A stretch of 63,409 nucleotides of DNA, the filler included, from Reticulomyxa filosa (taxonomy: Eukaryota; Protista; Foraminifera): NCBI GenBank assembly GCA_000512085.1. It is 19 parts of 19 records of this genome, joined end to end, with 100 filler letters (N's around TTAATTAATTAA, not from the genome) between each part and the next. Parts side by side here need not be neighbours in the genome. Positions count along the whole stretch, not along the records: positions 22,585 to 29,471 come from ASPP01021372.1; positions 29,572 to 30,693 come from ASPP01025056.1; positions 30,794 to 32,606 come from ASPP01027803.1; positions 32,707 to 40,214 come from ASPP01011778.1; 15 more parts are not named here. The stretch is one strand, 5' to 3'. Below, one piece after another: positions 24,150 through 37,776 of the stretch. A program made the position numbers and the translations under genes. Every line of letters begins with the position of its first letter. The first letter of the stretch is position 1. The notes under the pieces were generated by a model. That model was not told the DNA's origin. It saw only the letters and a list, made by a program, of their open reading frames with translations, and ran no database searches.

Positions 24150-26860
24150 GGATATTATCCCACGAAACATGGAAGAGATGCGCATTAGCGCAAGTTCAAG
24201 AAGAAAAAAAGTGGGTGAAGGAAGTGAAAAACGCACAGTAGAAGATCAAGGTTTGCCGCATTCGGGCGAAGAAATAATTGGTGTGGAAATGGACTAATGG
24301 AATCAAAGTGGATAAAATGGCAATGATCTTTTAATTTAGATTGATGGTACATCTGCAAACAATGGCGGCGTGAATGGCAATGAATTATTACGCAAAGACT
24401 GATACTTTGCAATTTTGAATGAATTGGAAGAAAATTTGGGTCAAGCAGCAAAGCACACAATCAAAGTCAGAGACAAGTAAAAACTGGCTCGTGTCAAAAT
24501 TGGTCAAGGTCAAGTTTATTGGTCTTTATCAAAGGCGATGAGTCGATCAGTTTGGAGTTAGCTCAATTGACACAGTGGGTCATGACGGAAAATTCAATGC
24601 GTGGGAATAGCCGACGATGATTGGATCGATACAAGAAGCAAAAATCTCAAAGTTGGCGATCGTGTTGAATTGAGTTGGGGTCGTAAAGGTGTTATAAAAA
24701 GAATTGGCGTGACTGACCTTAGTCGTGGCGAAGAAATATTGGGGATCGGAATCGATGACATGTGGGTCAATGATCACAATGTGATAAATATTTCCAAGTT
24801 CACTACAAAAAGACTATCATTGCTTTGTATTATCATAGTTGTGTGTGTTTAATATAGTGTGCCGAAAACAGTGGAGTGAATGGAAATGGGGAAGACAAAA
24901 ACAAAGACAACAAAGCGGACATTGACGCGCAAAAAGTATGGTAGTGAATTTGGTAACGTGGCTGTCGACGATCGAGTTAGAATATTGGAAAACAAAACAG
25001 ACATCTTGCGCTATCTTGACAATGTGTAGTTTTCTAGTGAAAAACTTATTGGAATTGAGTTAGACAGTTGGCATCATAACGCAACTGACAGAACTGTGCG
25101 AGGAAAGATATATTTCAACGTTAACTTCAATTTCTTTGTTTATTTGTTTTGATTTCATCTTATTTATTTTAGTGCTCTCCGGATACAGCTTCGTCGTATT
25201 GTTGGATTTTGTTTTGATATTAGGAAGCAAACTGACGGCATCAATGATAACGACCTCGATGATGAAGACGAAACAACATCACCTCTGCAAGCACCATAAC
25301 CGAAAATTCAATTCAAGATCGGAGACTACGTGAAGTTATCTCGAGGGAAAGCAGGAATGGTGAAGTACATTGGAGAAGCCGATTATCACGAAAGGAGAGA
25401 TTATCGACTTGAAGTTGGACACATAGAACACTTGCGGACACAATGGCACAGCGCGAGGAAAGAACGTTTTGAAGCCAACGTATGTCGTGGCCATTTCATG
25501 CGAAGAGGTGCCATTTCTCAAGTAGTGATACCTTTGGTAAAGCCATTGGACGTGAAAACATCCAATACGACCTCCAATTGAAACCAATCAAACCTGACGA
25601 TCGTATAGTTTTTGTCAATGGAGGGTGATATGTCATTAAATATATTGGTTATTCTCCTTTTGTTAAGGGTGAAGTTATTGGCATTGAATTGGATGAGTAG
25701 TTCGTGAACATTCACAACGGCAGTGTTAATGGCGATATCATTGATATTGAATTAGGTTTGTTTTTTTTTAGAAACAATTTTTTTAAATGTAACACTATGT
25801 TGTGTTTCTTTATAGACGTATGGACTCCTGGTGCTCATGATGGTATGTACAACAAATTCAACTACTTCAGGTTTTTTTTTGTCTTGTTTTTATTGTGCGA
25901 TATTTGTTTGAATCAAAAGACATTTATTAAATGAGAATTACTTGGTTCGAATGTAAAATGTAGTGTCCCAAAGAAATAGGTATTTTCACCAATTGTCGTG
26001 ATTCAATCGATTCCGGAAGTGGAAATTATAGCAACATACGAAAGAGAAGAAAATAAATGGCAGTATTGGACAACGAGTGCAGATTGGCAAGGAAAGAAAA
26101 TGAGTTAATCTAACTTTTTTGTTTAAACGATATGCAATGCTGAACTTTGAAATTTGGAAAAATAGATAATACGATACATTAGAAAAGATACAAAATGATA
26201 GGACGTATACAACATTGAGTTGGATGAAAAATATCGATGGATAGCACATATTTCGCGTGCAGGTTTGTTATTGTTTGTCAATTGCCATTGAGATAGAATG
26301 GAGATTAGGATAAATGAACAAGACAAAATTCAACATATATACTATATTTTTTTTTTTAAAAAGACATGGACGGCGGAAACGTATAATCAAAATGGCAATT
26401 GAAGAAGACGATGTTCAAAATACAATATAAGAGGTCGAGTGAAATTGGGCCGTGGACGTCATAGACATTGAAGATACGAACGAAGAAGAAATATATGGCA
26501 TCAAGATCAACATGTGGACTGGAGAATCAATAAACGCCGAGGTCGGACGAATAAGGCGTTTTTGTGTGAAGCACGGACATTGCATAACTCGCTCACGCTT
26601 CAACATTACAGCCAATTTGCTGTCCAAGCTCGACCAAGACAACAGCGCAACTCGAAAGAGTCTCAAGATGGTGAAGCTCGAAGAAAAAGACAATTGAGTG
26701 AGATCTTGGAATTGATCAATGACGTGATGGCCACGATCCGTTTTATCGGTATCACGCATTTCACGACAGACGAGAAGATAGATGTGGAGTTGCACGATGG
26801 CACGTACAAAAGGAATACGTTACTTTACACGTTCGCCAAAGCGATGGTTATTTGATAAAA
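24150..26860 (+). pseudogene. Decayed gene with about 8-10 tandem CAP-Gly-like domains
   Basis: Recurrent units LKVGDRVEL..KGVIKRIG..EEILGI; VDDRVRI..LIGIELDSW; FKIGDYVKLSRGKAGMVKYIG; GEVIGIELDE..HNGSVNG; VELHDGTYK. Many in-frame stops and frameshifts. Confidence 0.75.
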
Positions 26861-26899
26861 AAAAAGTAAAGTGTCACCACAATGATAATCAGAGTCGCC

Positions 26900-28430
26900 A
26901 ATATTTGAAATGACGATACCCAGAATGTGAAAGCGAGTTTTTAAAGTTGCGAACTCTACTGGAGCTTACAAAGGCTTCAGTGTGGTGGTGTGCCCGCTGC
27001 TATCGCCATGAGCAAATTCACCAAAGGAAATTGATTTTTTTTCCAATGTTCGAAATGTGTGCAAAAGGTCGACCTGTGTTTGGATTGCATATTGAAACTA
27101 CACTGATTAATGATAATCTCGATAGAAGATATCCACGATCTTCAAGCTCGGTATCGCCAGGTGAACGGGCAATACATCTTTGAGGAATCGATATTGACGA
27201 CGCAATATACAAATTGTCTCACGTGATGAAAGAAAGAGGATTCCGCATTGGATTTGTTTTTTTTTTAAAAAAAAAGGACAATCTGTTGGCTTTACTTTGG
27301 TTATGAAATGGCTCTTCACACCAGCGAGTGGCGACTTTGCGCATTCTTAGACGTGGACTAAATCCACATAGTGCTCTCCCCAATTGAGGCTACTGAACTG
27401 GTGTGGCAATGTCAAGCGCAGTGCCAATGATAATGACGACGACGACAACGAAACGCAGTCAATGTTCTCTTTTACTCATTCGTCAATTATTTCAACACAT
27501 TGGACTGGTATTATGTGCGCAAATATTTGGGTGCTGATGCTGTATTCCATAGACTTTGACTTGGTACGCGGAAGAGGTACAAAAAGCGGCAATGTCGTCG
27601 CTATTGTTACGAATTGTTCGGTTACCAAAAACCGTATCACTCGGATTGAAAAGTAGAAAGGTCTGCTATATTGACAAGACCGCCACTCAAAATGGTAGCT
27701 CTAGAGGACGAGCTTTTCAATGATCACAACTTCCATCAAGTATTCCGTTATTTTGCACGATTGAACAGCTTGGAGGAAACATTGTCATTGAAACCAAAGC
27801 GCACATTCGAACACAAGAATCTAAGGAATTGCTATACTCAGTTGGTCATTTGTGCATCTGTCCTCTTCCCTGTTACCTGATGCTATAATCGTGCTTGGGT
27901 CCATTGTTTGAAAAAGTTTTTTTTATGTACATATATCAACATCACAGCTTATACGTATATTTTATTTATTTATTTATATGCATGTGGTATGTTGCTTGAA
28001 ATTTTTTTAATGGATATTTAAAGGTGTACAAATGGAAATGCGTACATCACATGAATTTTGGATCGCAGATGGACAAATTGTTGCTGTTACATTGCTATTG
28101 GTGCTGCAGTGAGTCCCCAGCAATAATGGCAGCAGTATCGATTGTTGTTGCAGTACATGAAGGTAAAAAAATGGCAACATTGTAGTCGAATTGTTGCGTG
28201 GAAATCCAATATGTTGATTCATGGAGGCCACACTACAACACGTGCACATATCATTTATCCAATGAAACATAATTGTTCATCATTGAACAAATATCTATTT
28301 TAGTGACGGCGTGCATCGAGTATGCGCTTTGAATGACGTATAATTTGAAAAAAAATGAAGGTCCATATCGTGTAATGTGACCCATATTGATTGAAAGAAA
28401 ATCGAACAATTGAAAGATGAACTGGTCATT
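26900..28430 (+). pseudogene. Decayed coding sequence, possibly the C-terminal part of the CAP-Gly gene
   Basis: Short protein-like same-strand ORFs (26947, 27384, 27671) broken by stops and intron-like tracts. Confidence 0.35.
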
Positions 28431-29571
28431 GTCGTGATGATATGCGCAGCCTATATTCCAAGTTATAATGTTTTCTCAAATATGATTGAACATGTATGAT
28501 CAATACACACGCATATAACATAGGTCTCCTAAGAATACAATACCTGTCAGTCGAGAAATTGGAAAGTGGCTGTAGTGGTTGCGGTGCCAGTAAGAAGGTT
28601 GAAGCGAAGTACAACAACACCAAATCTGTGTCATATTTAATCTTAAGTATTTGACACTAGCATCAAATTTTTTTTTATTGGAAAAATTTGTCCTTGTGTA
28701 AATTTTACTTTCTTTATTTTTTTTTAATGATAATTTTAACGTCTTACCTCCACCTCAACTGATATCTTAGTCAATTATATTCGTCCTAAAAAATTTTTGA
28801 ACTTTAATGTTTTAAACCTAAAAGCGCCTTTTTCCTCCATGTTCAACTTTTTTTTATTTAGAGGTTTCACTGCGATGACAGTTGTTCAAGTCAGTTTGAA
28901 AAAAACAACCAAACAATAATTTTTCAATTTGTAAATCCCTAATCCCAAGTACTTGATTGCAACGATTTTGTTTCACATTAATGGAACGCCCATCGACTTG
29001 TTTTCATTTCCTTCAAAGGCTTTCACCATGCACTGTAATGATAATTCATGTATTTCACCAATCGATTTCAATATTTTCCAACCTTAACAAAAACTTGAAA
29101 CATATTGTCAATCCTTATCATCATGTTTGCTAGTTTTTGTTTTTTTTCATCTTCCACGCGAATAATTTTTGTTTGATTTGAGCAAGATCAAAGCATCCCG
29201 ACTCCCACAGTTGTGTCAAGTGGTGCATGAGGACCCAGCCAATTTTCTACAATAATCCAATTTTCGTTAAGAAAATCCTGTCTTGAAAACCGATTTCTTT
29301 TCTTCTTGGTACCTACAACTGACCAATATTGGCCTAATCCAATGAGCGATTCATTGCCCTCATCATCACCAATATTTATTGGTAATATAATTAGGACGCG
29401 TTGTTAGTAAGAAGCATGCTTGGTTGCATCAAACTGTAACGAATTTTGTCGGCGTATTGAAATGGTGTGAANNNNNNNNNNNNNNNNNNNNNNNNNNNNN
29501 NNNNNNNNNNNNNNNTTAATTAATTAANNNNNNNNNNNNNNNNNNNNNNNNNNNNNNNNNNNNNNNNNNNN

Positions 29572-30518
29572 GGACTACATTAATGAAACAGCTTTCATAA
29601 ATGGAATTCACAGATTTGTGAGCAATGCAAGGCGCGAATTGTCATATTGATTCTTTTTGTAATTGTTCCAATGGACATAAGAGCATTGAAAGAAAGCCAT
29701 CAATCGATGTGACATTATGACCACGCTAAGATACATGTGATGATATTTGCCAACACATCACAAAGTAAGGCAACATCATATTTAATCCAATTAGATTGAT
29801 TTTATTCTTGTCTTTTTTTTTATACACAATAATATTCGTAAGCTGGAATAATTATCATTTTCAAACGTGCTCTATTTCAATATTTTGCTGGCAATATGAT
29901 AATATAGAGTGAACATCAATAATATATTTATGATAACATAATTGTCATTTTTATACGATTGTACGCAAAGATCAAATTTCTATGTTATTATAAATTTGTT
30001 AGATTGTATGACAATAGATTTCAAATATGTATTCTTGCTTTTCCATTGAAATTGAAATTAGCTCTAAATGATAAATTTATCTTTTTCATTATAACTTCTT
30101 CTATTGATGACTCTTTAGGAATTAAATTGTACAGATCCGTCTTTTGTGATGCAGCGAATGGCATGTTTGCTATTGGGAGCTAATGTTTTCATTCGAACAT
30201 GCGCTAATCCATCATTTGTCGCCAAATAATGTATGATTCCATTTTTTTAATATTGACTTCCGGATGGAATATCTTGCGAATGAATGTGCGTTTCCTGGTG
30301 ACCGGCTTAACTGGTGTTGTCCTTCTTCGGAGGATGTCGTTTCTCGGGATCGTTTGGTTCGCTTGTCTATCTTGTGACATTAGTGTTATCTTTGTCTCAC
30401 TTAACACGTCCAAAAACAACGTGTTCATTTGCTCATACGATTTTTCTGATGGGCGATAAAGCAGCAAATTTTGATTGTCAAATATTACTGTTGGAACCGC
30501 AAAGAGGAAATCAAACAC
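29572..30518 (-). pseudogene. Decayed coding sequence of unknown family
   Basis: A 104-aa ORF continues into protein-like sequence with repeated TAA, TAG and TGA stops. Confidence 0.3.
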
Positions 30519-30810
30519 AAGTGCATATTTATATATGTGTATAAGATATATGTATACGTTTTTTTAAAAATAATTGGAAAGTACCTTTGACAAACAAAAA
30601 CTTGATTCTTTTAGCCAATTTGATCTCGGCACAAAGTATATTCTCAGTTCCTTTTTTTTTTGTAGATTGTAACTATGCAAATTTAAAAAAAAANNNNNNN
30701 NNNNNNNNNNNNNNNNNNNNNNNNNNNNNNNNNNNNNTTAATTAATTAANNNNNNNNNNNNNNNNNNNNNNNNNNNNNNNNNNNNNNNNNNNNAAAAAAA
30801 AACTAAAGTA

Positions 30811-32606
30811 GTGTTTTTAGCTAATCACTGTGGACCAAAACAAAACAAACAAGATATAATATGGAATTCAATATATAACGTTGTGAATGTGCTATTAAAT
30901 ATATTGGGTTTTACAATCAATTTATATATGTTAACGGACTATTATGATAAAGGAAAATTTATATTTTATTATCTAAGTTTATCGATATTTCTATTTACTC
31001 AAGTGGCATATTGTGTGTCATGTACAAAAAAGTATTCAAGATCGTACCAAGCTGTGTGGTGTATAAAAATTCTTCCATTTTCTTTGATAATTCCATATTT
31101 TTATTATTTCATGGAGAATACCCAATTACATCAAAATTTACGTAGAAATATATGGAGAGAAATGAAATTGAAAAAACACGTAAGTGAATATTTTATTTAT
31201 TTATTTTTTTTTTAAATTAATTTCTGTGATATACATATAAATAAAAAAAATAAAGATTGGTTTTATTATTGAAGTAGCATTTGAAGGTATGTTGTTTTGT
31301 TTTGTGTATTATAAAATGCACATATAAATTTTATTCTTTATAGCATTTCCTCAAGCAATATTGCAAATGGTAGCTATGATAATATATGAAGAGATTAATG
31401 TAATATTTTTAATAAGTATTGGAATATTTATTCTTAATGTTGCTAGTAAAGCTTTGGTTCTACCATTTGGAAATGACACATATACTTATATTTGGTCTTG
31501 GCTTTGTTTTATTACTGGTATCACCTTATTTTTTTTAAATTATACAAAAATACATTTTACATTGAAATGATAAAATAGATCTGGTTGGTATATTTTTTAT
31601 GCTTGTAGTAGTGTCTTATGCACCAACAGTGAATGGGTATACATACGATTTAATGGTAATCATATTTTACTTCAAGTTATATGTTGTCATTATTCCATTT
31701 GTTGCATGGATTATCATCACCATTTGCCTCCCAACACTTTATTTTTTCGCTATGATAGAAAATTTTCAGATACAAAATTTAAATTATTTTTTTTGCATGT
31801 GTTTTATCATACTTATTATTATTGGTCCATTCGTTGTTATTGCTGCTATTTTTTTTGGAATCATGTTATATATACATATTATATTTGTTCTACTTAACTC
31901 ATTTAATCAATTTATTTTGTTTATATAATAAAAAAAAAAAGTTTGGAGGTGATCCATTGGAATATCCTTGCAGTCGTTGTTGAAGCTGTATTGACATCAC
32001 GCATTTCTATTGGTTTGATATATGTATATTTTGAACAAATTAAAAAAAAATTGCAAAATTCATACAAATAAAAAAAAAAAAAGGCGACAATGGGGAATTG
32101 GACGATTTAATATCATTTTTGCAAGATGGACCTGACACAACTTTACGTGTGATATCTACCAATCACAAAGCTAATTTTATCAGAACTTATTTAGATCAAG
32201 AGAGCAACACTCTTTACAGCAGTGTTACCTTGAAGTCTCTACGACAAGCAAATCAATCTTCCTTTATTAAATGTTTTTGTTTTTTTTTTTCTTCTTTTAT
32301 TTCAGAGAATAGATAATTTTTGCTATTTTATTCATGATGATGATGGATTGATAGATATTTTGAAGTTTTATTTACAAATATGGACGGAAGTAAAAGATGA
32401 GATAAAATGTCAATTTCCTATCATATTAATTCAATTACCTATTGCTATTGGTGTTTTTGGAGTAACATTTGTATTTGGTCCTATTTATCTGTTATCTCGC
32501 TTTTTAACTATTTTTTTCCCTGCTATTTTTGTTATCTATATTTATTACTTTAATTTATGGTTACACATTGGAACATTGCAAATTATTATGACATGTGCGT
32601 ATACAT
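30811..32606 (+). CDS. Multi-pass membrane protein, XK-related-like (partial, multi-exon)
   Basis: Spliced motif GFIIEVAFE|AFPQAILQMVA (XK-type E..FE..PQ..LQ) plus many hydrophobic helices. Confidence 0.6.
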
Positions 32607-32706
32607 NNNNNNNNNNNNNNNNNNNNNNNNNNNNNNNNNNNNNNNNNNNNTTAATTAATTAANNNNNNNNNNNNNNNNNNNNNNNNNNNNNNNNNNNNNN
32701 NNNNNN

Positions 32707-32747
<41 letters not shown>

Positions 32748-32829
32748 AATCGACTTTCTTTGTCTCCTCCCCTCTTTTTTTTTTAATAAAAAAAATGTGC
32801 AATTACGTTTTTGCGTGTGATGGATAAAT

Positions 32830-33541
32830 TTAGTGGCCAACAATCCATTAATCGAGTGGACATCAAATTCAATGTGAATTACTTGGGCATTGAACCAACA
32901 CAGACATTACCATTGAATGGATTGATCAGCTTTGGATCATCTCAACTGGCAGAATTGCCGCTGGTTTTGTCTGGAGAACCGCAACAACGCACACCCTTGA
33001 ATACAAAAGTGCAAGTTGCAGTACGAGCCGCTTTCGTCAACTCAAATGAAAAAGCTATATTCAAATTCGACACGACTATTCCTTCACACATATTCTTTGA
33101 GACATTGGCCATTGACAAAAATGACTATTTGGAAAAATGGAAAAATATTCAACAAAGCGATGGCCAGTCCGTTCAATTGAAACCTGCAAAAACTCCTGAC
33201 ATTGAGGCCATTAAAACTCATCTCGGCAGACACAATTGCATTTTTATTTCTCCAAGAGAGGTAAGTATTCTATTCTATTATTTTATATTGTATTATTATT
33301 ATTATTATCATTATTATAATTTTTTTTAATGAGAATTGCCAATATGGAACATTCCAATATATAACGTAAATAGATCCCGAATAAAGGCATGTCATTATAC
33401 TTTGCAACAAAATTACGCAATCAGTTGATATTAATCGAAATTGCAATAGCAAACTCTGGAGCTGTTCGAATTCAAGTTCGATCTGAAAACAAATATTTGG
33501 CTTTTGTTACTGCAAACTCCATCCAGAACCTCATTGCATAA
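32830..33541 (+). CDS. AP-1/AP-2 complex beta subunit, C-terminal appendage (last two exons)
   Basis: IKFNVNYLGIEP..LPL..PLNTKVQVAVR..FKFDTTIPSHIFFE..IDKNDYLEKWKNI matches the beta-adaptin ear. Last exon 33374-33541. Confidence 0.82.
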
Positions 33542-34059
33542 ATTAATTAAAAGATTAATTTATTATTGTTTTTGCTGTTTTTTTTAAAAAAAAAACAACA
33601 TAAAATTAACACAAACTTGGAGTATGTTTCTCTAAGTGCTTACGTTGAAATGTGCGCAAACTTCAAACCAAATAAAAAAACAACAACGACTTTTGCGTAA
33701 TTTAAAATTTCTTGACAGCTACTTTTTATTTTTTATTTTTTGTGGTTCCCTAATCTTAACACTCACCGTTTTAAATACCAATAAATTATAGCAAAACTTT
33801 TTCGCCACTTTCGACAACAAACTTATAATATTTTTCCTTCAAGACAATTTCAAAACAAAAAACATCAAATAGCGTGGCTTATCATATACATATTCTGTTC
33901 TTTGCATTTTTTACAATTTTTCTTTAGTATAAGTGGATTTCTTCACAGAAACAAAGATATATCGTGTTTAGTGTTGTCGACTCTTTGCGTGTTGGTTTTC
34001 CAGACCGTTGAAAGTCTGGAACAACATAAAGAGAATTATCCTTTTATTCAGTTGTATAA

Positions 34060-36121
34060 ATGGGCACGTCTCAGAGCACCTCTCAAAGGAGTCAGTCATC
34101 CTCTACTGTATCTGAGGATTCATTTGCTTCAACTTCCACAACGAGTGTGTTGTCTCCTCAAAACCGCGTCTCCGGCTGCAACCAATCGCTATTCGGTGTT
34201 TGTGGGTTAAATCATGACGGGGACTTTGGTAAAAACGTGTTGTGTCAACGGGATTCAGGAACTTACTTGGGTGACGATAACGCTCGTGGAGGCAAAAAGC
34301 GTGTACAAAAAATCGACCTTGAAAAGGTGTACCACAATGAGTGGCCAACAGACGCGAACTTGCTGGGTCTGCAACTTTCGCAAGTCGCAAAAGATAAGTT
34401 ATTTTTGGATAAAGATTTGGAGAAGTCGATGTGTTCACCATTTGCTCACAACAATAACGTTTTCATTTCCAATTATTTGGATGAGCCAGTGGTAGTGAAA
34501 AAAGTAGAAAACATTTTGAAATACCGAAAGGCATTGCGAAAAGAGGTTACCACTTCTCTTCTTCTTTTTTTTTTTTTTTTTTATGTTGTACATTGAGAAA
34601 AAAAAAGTGTACGTCAAAGAATGATATATACGTTATCGATACGTAGATAATGATCCATCATTATTTGCAAAGCAGCAAGTTCCCGGTGGTGAAATTGATC
34701 GGATATTACGACGACGGATTTGAAGGACTGGTCATCTACGAGCATGCATGTTACGGCGACTTATTTCAATGGCTTATCCAACAAGATTATGAATACAGAT
34801 GGTTGCCAGAAGTCTTTACTTTTTATTTACAAGAACTGTCTCGAATTGGAAAAAGTAAATTTTTTTTTTTTTTTTTTTTAACCAGTTAAAAAAAAAAAAA
34901 AATTATTTAAAATAAATGAATAAATAAAAATTCGATAGTGCTGTTAATGTTGCATCGCAACAGTATGGCACACAAAGATCTGTCATGTGAAAATATTTTA
35001 ATTGATAAATCATATCGTTTCTTGCTACATGATTTTGCTGGAGTGGAAATATTTGCTGTTCGCAAACCGGATGTTAGCAAAAACGATGCCATTAACTTGT
35101 GTGATGAAATACCAAAGCAGCACGAGACAGTGTCAAATGAAGAGCCGCAGCTTGATGCGCTCGATATTGGTCCAGAGGAAGATGCTTCGCCCATGATCAC
35201 CCTTTCACCGTGCGCCGAAGAGGTGAAGGGTGCAAAACATGCACCGAGTTTGTCAACATTGTCGATGCTACATTTATACCCTGATTTATTGTCCAAAATT
35301 GGAGACTTTGATCAAATTAATGACGAAAAAAATACTCCGAAAAAAACTGAAATTTATGCTGATGTTGAAAAGCCACAAACAATACAGCCATACGTTTTGA
35401 ATAATTCCGCCAAAAAAGAGAAATCCTCCTTCATCACCAACGTTTGGTGTGGTATGCATTTTTTTTGTTGCTTCGTTTGTTGAAAGCGAGAGGGAAAAGA
35501 CATGCATACGTATTCATTTTTATTTTTCCTTGTATGACAAAATAAAGGAAAAGATCCTTACATGTCTCCGGAATGTTATGCCTGTCGTGTGAACAAAGTC
35601 AAAAATGTTCCAAAATACTTTGATGCATTGAGCAATGACGTTTGGTCGTTTGGAGTCATTTTACTGCTGGTGTTTGGCGAGAGTGCGTTTTTATGGATGA
35701 AACCAGACGGTAATTTTGACCCTAACTTCCCTTTCATTTTGTCCAATTTGGAAGACGAGCTCCGCTCTGTGTTCCATTTACCAAAAAACTACGCCACCAA
35801 ATCCAAAAAGAAAAAAAAGTCGCTCCGCAATGAATGGGTCGAAGGGAAACTAGTTCAGCTTATTGGTATGTTTTATTTTGTGTGTGTCAGGGATTATTGT
35901 TGTACTTTTTTTATTGTTGCGATTTTGCAGAGTTACTGCTGACTATATTTGTTCCCGAGGAAAATCGGCCAACTATGGAAATGGTGATGGAGCATCCCTT
36001 CTTTCAACATGTTGACAATATGCAAAGCAACGAGAGCAAAACGCCTTTTATACAGCCTCAATTTGCAAATAAAAGCAGGAAAAGCAATGAAAAAAGCGTG
36101 GTGGAACCTGTAGAGATTTGA
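34060..36121 (+). CDS. Divergent Ser/Thr kinase with N-myristoylation motif (5 exons)
   Basis: MGTSQS; VVVKK; YEHACYGDLF; HKDLSCENILID; HDFAG; CG|KDPYMSPE; DVWSFGVIL; RPTMEMVMEHPFF. Confidence 0.85.
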
Positions 36122-36541
36122 AGATATTTCATCGTTCGGTTCAATGATTGTACATTTTTAAACTTTTCGCATACATATTGGTGGGTAGTTTCTTGCTATT
36201 TCTCTTTTTTTTTTTTTTTTTTTTCTTCCTTTGTATTTTTTTTTTTTTTACATGGATTAATTTTTTGTAAGGTTCATGGAATTTGTTTTTCAAATGAAAT
36301 ATTTGTTGCACAGCACAAAATTTTTTTTTTTGTTGTGAAAACAGAATTTAAAAGCATTTTTGCTTATCATTTATATTTGTGATGTCATTAATTGAATTTC
36401 TTTCCTTTATTAAAAACATTTAAAAAAAAAAAAAGAGTTAATCGATTTTTTTGGTTTTGAAATACTTAGGTCTGTTTTTCCAAAACATGGCCACAGTTTC
36501 ATATTATAAGATAATGAAAAGAAAAGCATATAGTGCTTTAG

Positions 36542-37600
36542 TTAGTCAAGTTCCATGAGTCCGCTATTCCTTTTTTCATTTTCATTGTTGTTTTCGTTTG
36601 TATCATCTCCATCTCTTTCTTTTTCCTGATCACTAGTTTTCTTCTCTTCGATATCTGCTTCAGTTTCAGTTTCAGTTTCGTCATTTTCAATTGTGTCATC
36701 CAAAACAACACCAATAATAAAGGTAACTATTCCAGCATTTGGAGTTCTTGCATAAAATGTAATAGCTTTTCGTTGAATTAAACATAACATAATAAGTGAA
36801 GCTTCAAGTCTTTGTAAAGCTTGAACAACTTTAATGCATTGCTTAATATTAACTTTAGCAATAACAAGTCTTTGATGATCAATAGATATATTTGTAGATT
36901 CAAGTGATAATTCTTGATAAACTGTTTCTATTTTTGCACAATCATTATCAACTTCAACTTCACATTTTCCATCATGAGATACTTTAAATAGTGCATAATC
37001 AGATACACTTTGCATTTTATCTAGCATTGTTTTAAAAGCACGTAATTCAGGCATTCGAATTTGAACATTTGGTGCTTTTAATTTAGGTGGTCCATATTCT
37101 TTTTTTTTGAATGTGGTACAGGAATAACTGGAATACCTTGAGATACCAATAATGTTTGATTATTATCAGTCCAAATTGCAAAAGCCAATAAAGGAATATC
37201 TTAATATATGTATATATTTTAAAATGTTGAAGTTTTTTTTTATAATATATACATATATATAAATACCATTCTTAGTTGTTAGTTTTAATGAAATTTCTGA
37301 TACATTTTCTTCTGTTTTGGTACACACTTGAAATACGCGTAATAATTGAGAAACATCAATTTCTAATAAAATTTCATTCTGTGAATTACTTTGTATTATA
37401 TATCGAATAAATATTGTATTTACTGGTATATTTCCATACATTTGAGGAATGTTCCCGGATGCGTGCTTCGAACTAACATAAAATTTCCAATCAGTTTCTG
37501 TCATCACTAAAAGAACTCGAGGAGATATAGAATGGATACATGTTAGCATACGAATAAGTGAGTGTAATGATGAGGGTTCTGTTGTTGCTCGAAATCGCAT
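36542..37600 (-). CDS. HUS1: Checkpoint clamp (9-1-1) subunit Hus1 (2 exons)
   Basis: MRFRA..; QSNSQNEILLEIDVSQLLR..LKLTTK; VSQGIPV..YGPPKLKAPNVQIRMPELRAFKTMLDKMQSVSDY..DGKCEVEV follows the Hus1 pattern along its whole length. Confidence 0.8.
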
Positions 37601-37776
37601 TTTGTTTTTTGTTTTTTTTTGGGAAGAAGGGGATTTCTTTAGAAAAAAAAAAAAAAAGGTGCAAATTTCTCCAAATAACAATTATATTTTTGTTGGAGAA
37701 TAAAAGTAAAAATATATATATATAGTAATTAATTATTATCAAGAATAATGAATTTGTTCTGGAAAAATAAAAAAAA

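Noticed and set aside
29572-30204. Stop-codon reassignment suggested by in-frame stops
   Set aside because: All three stop codons plus frameshifts occur. Intact genes end in TAA, TGA or TAG and show no internal stops.
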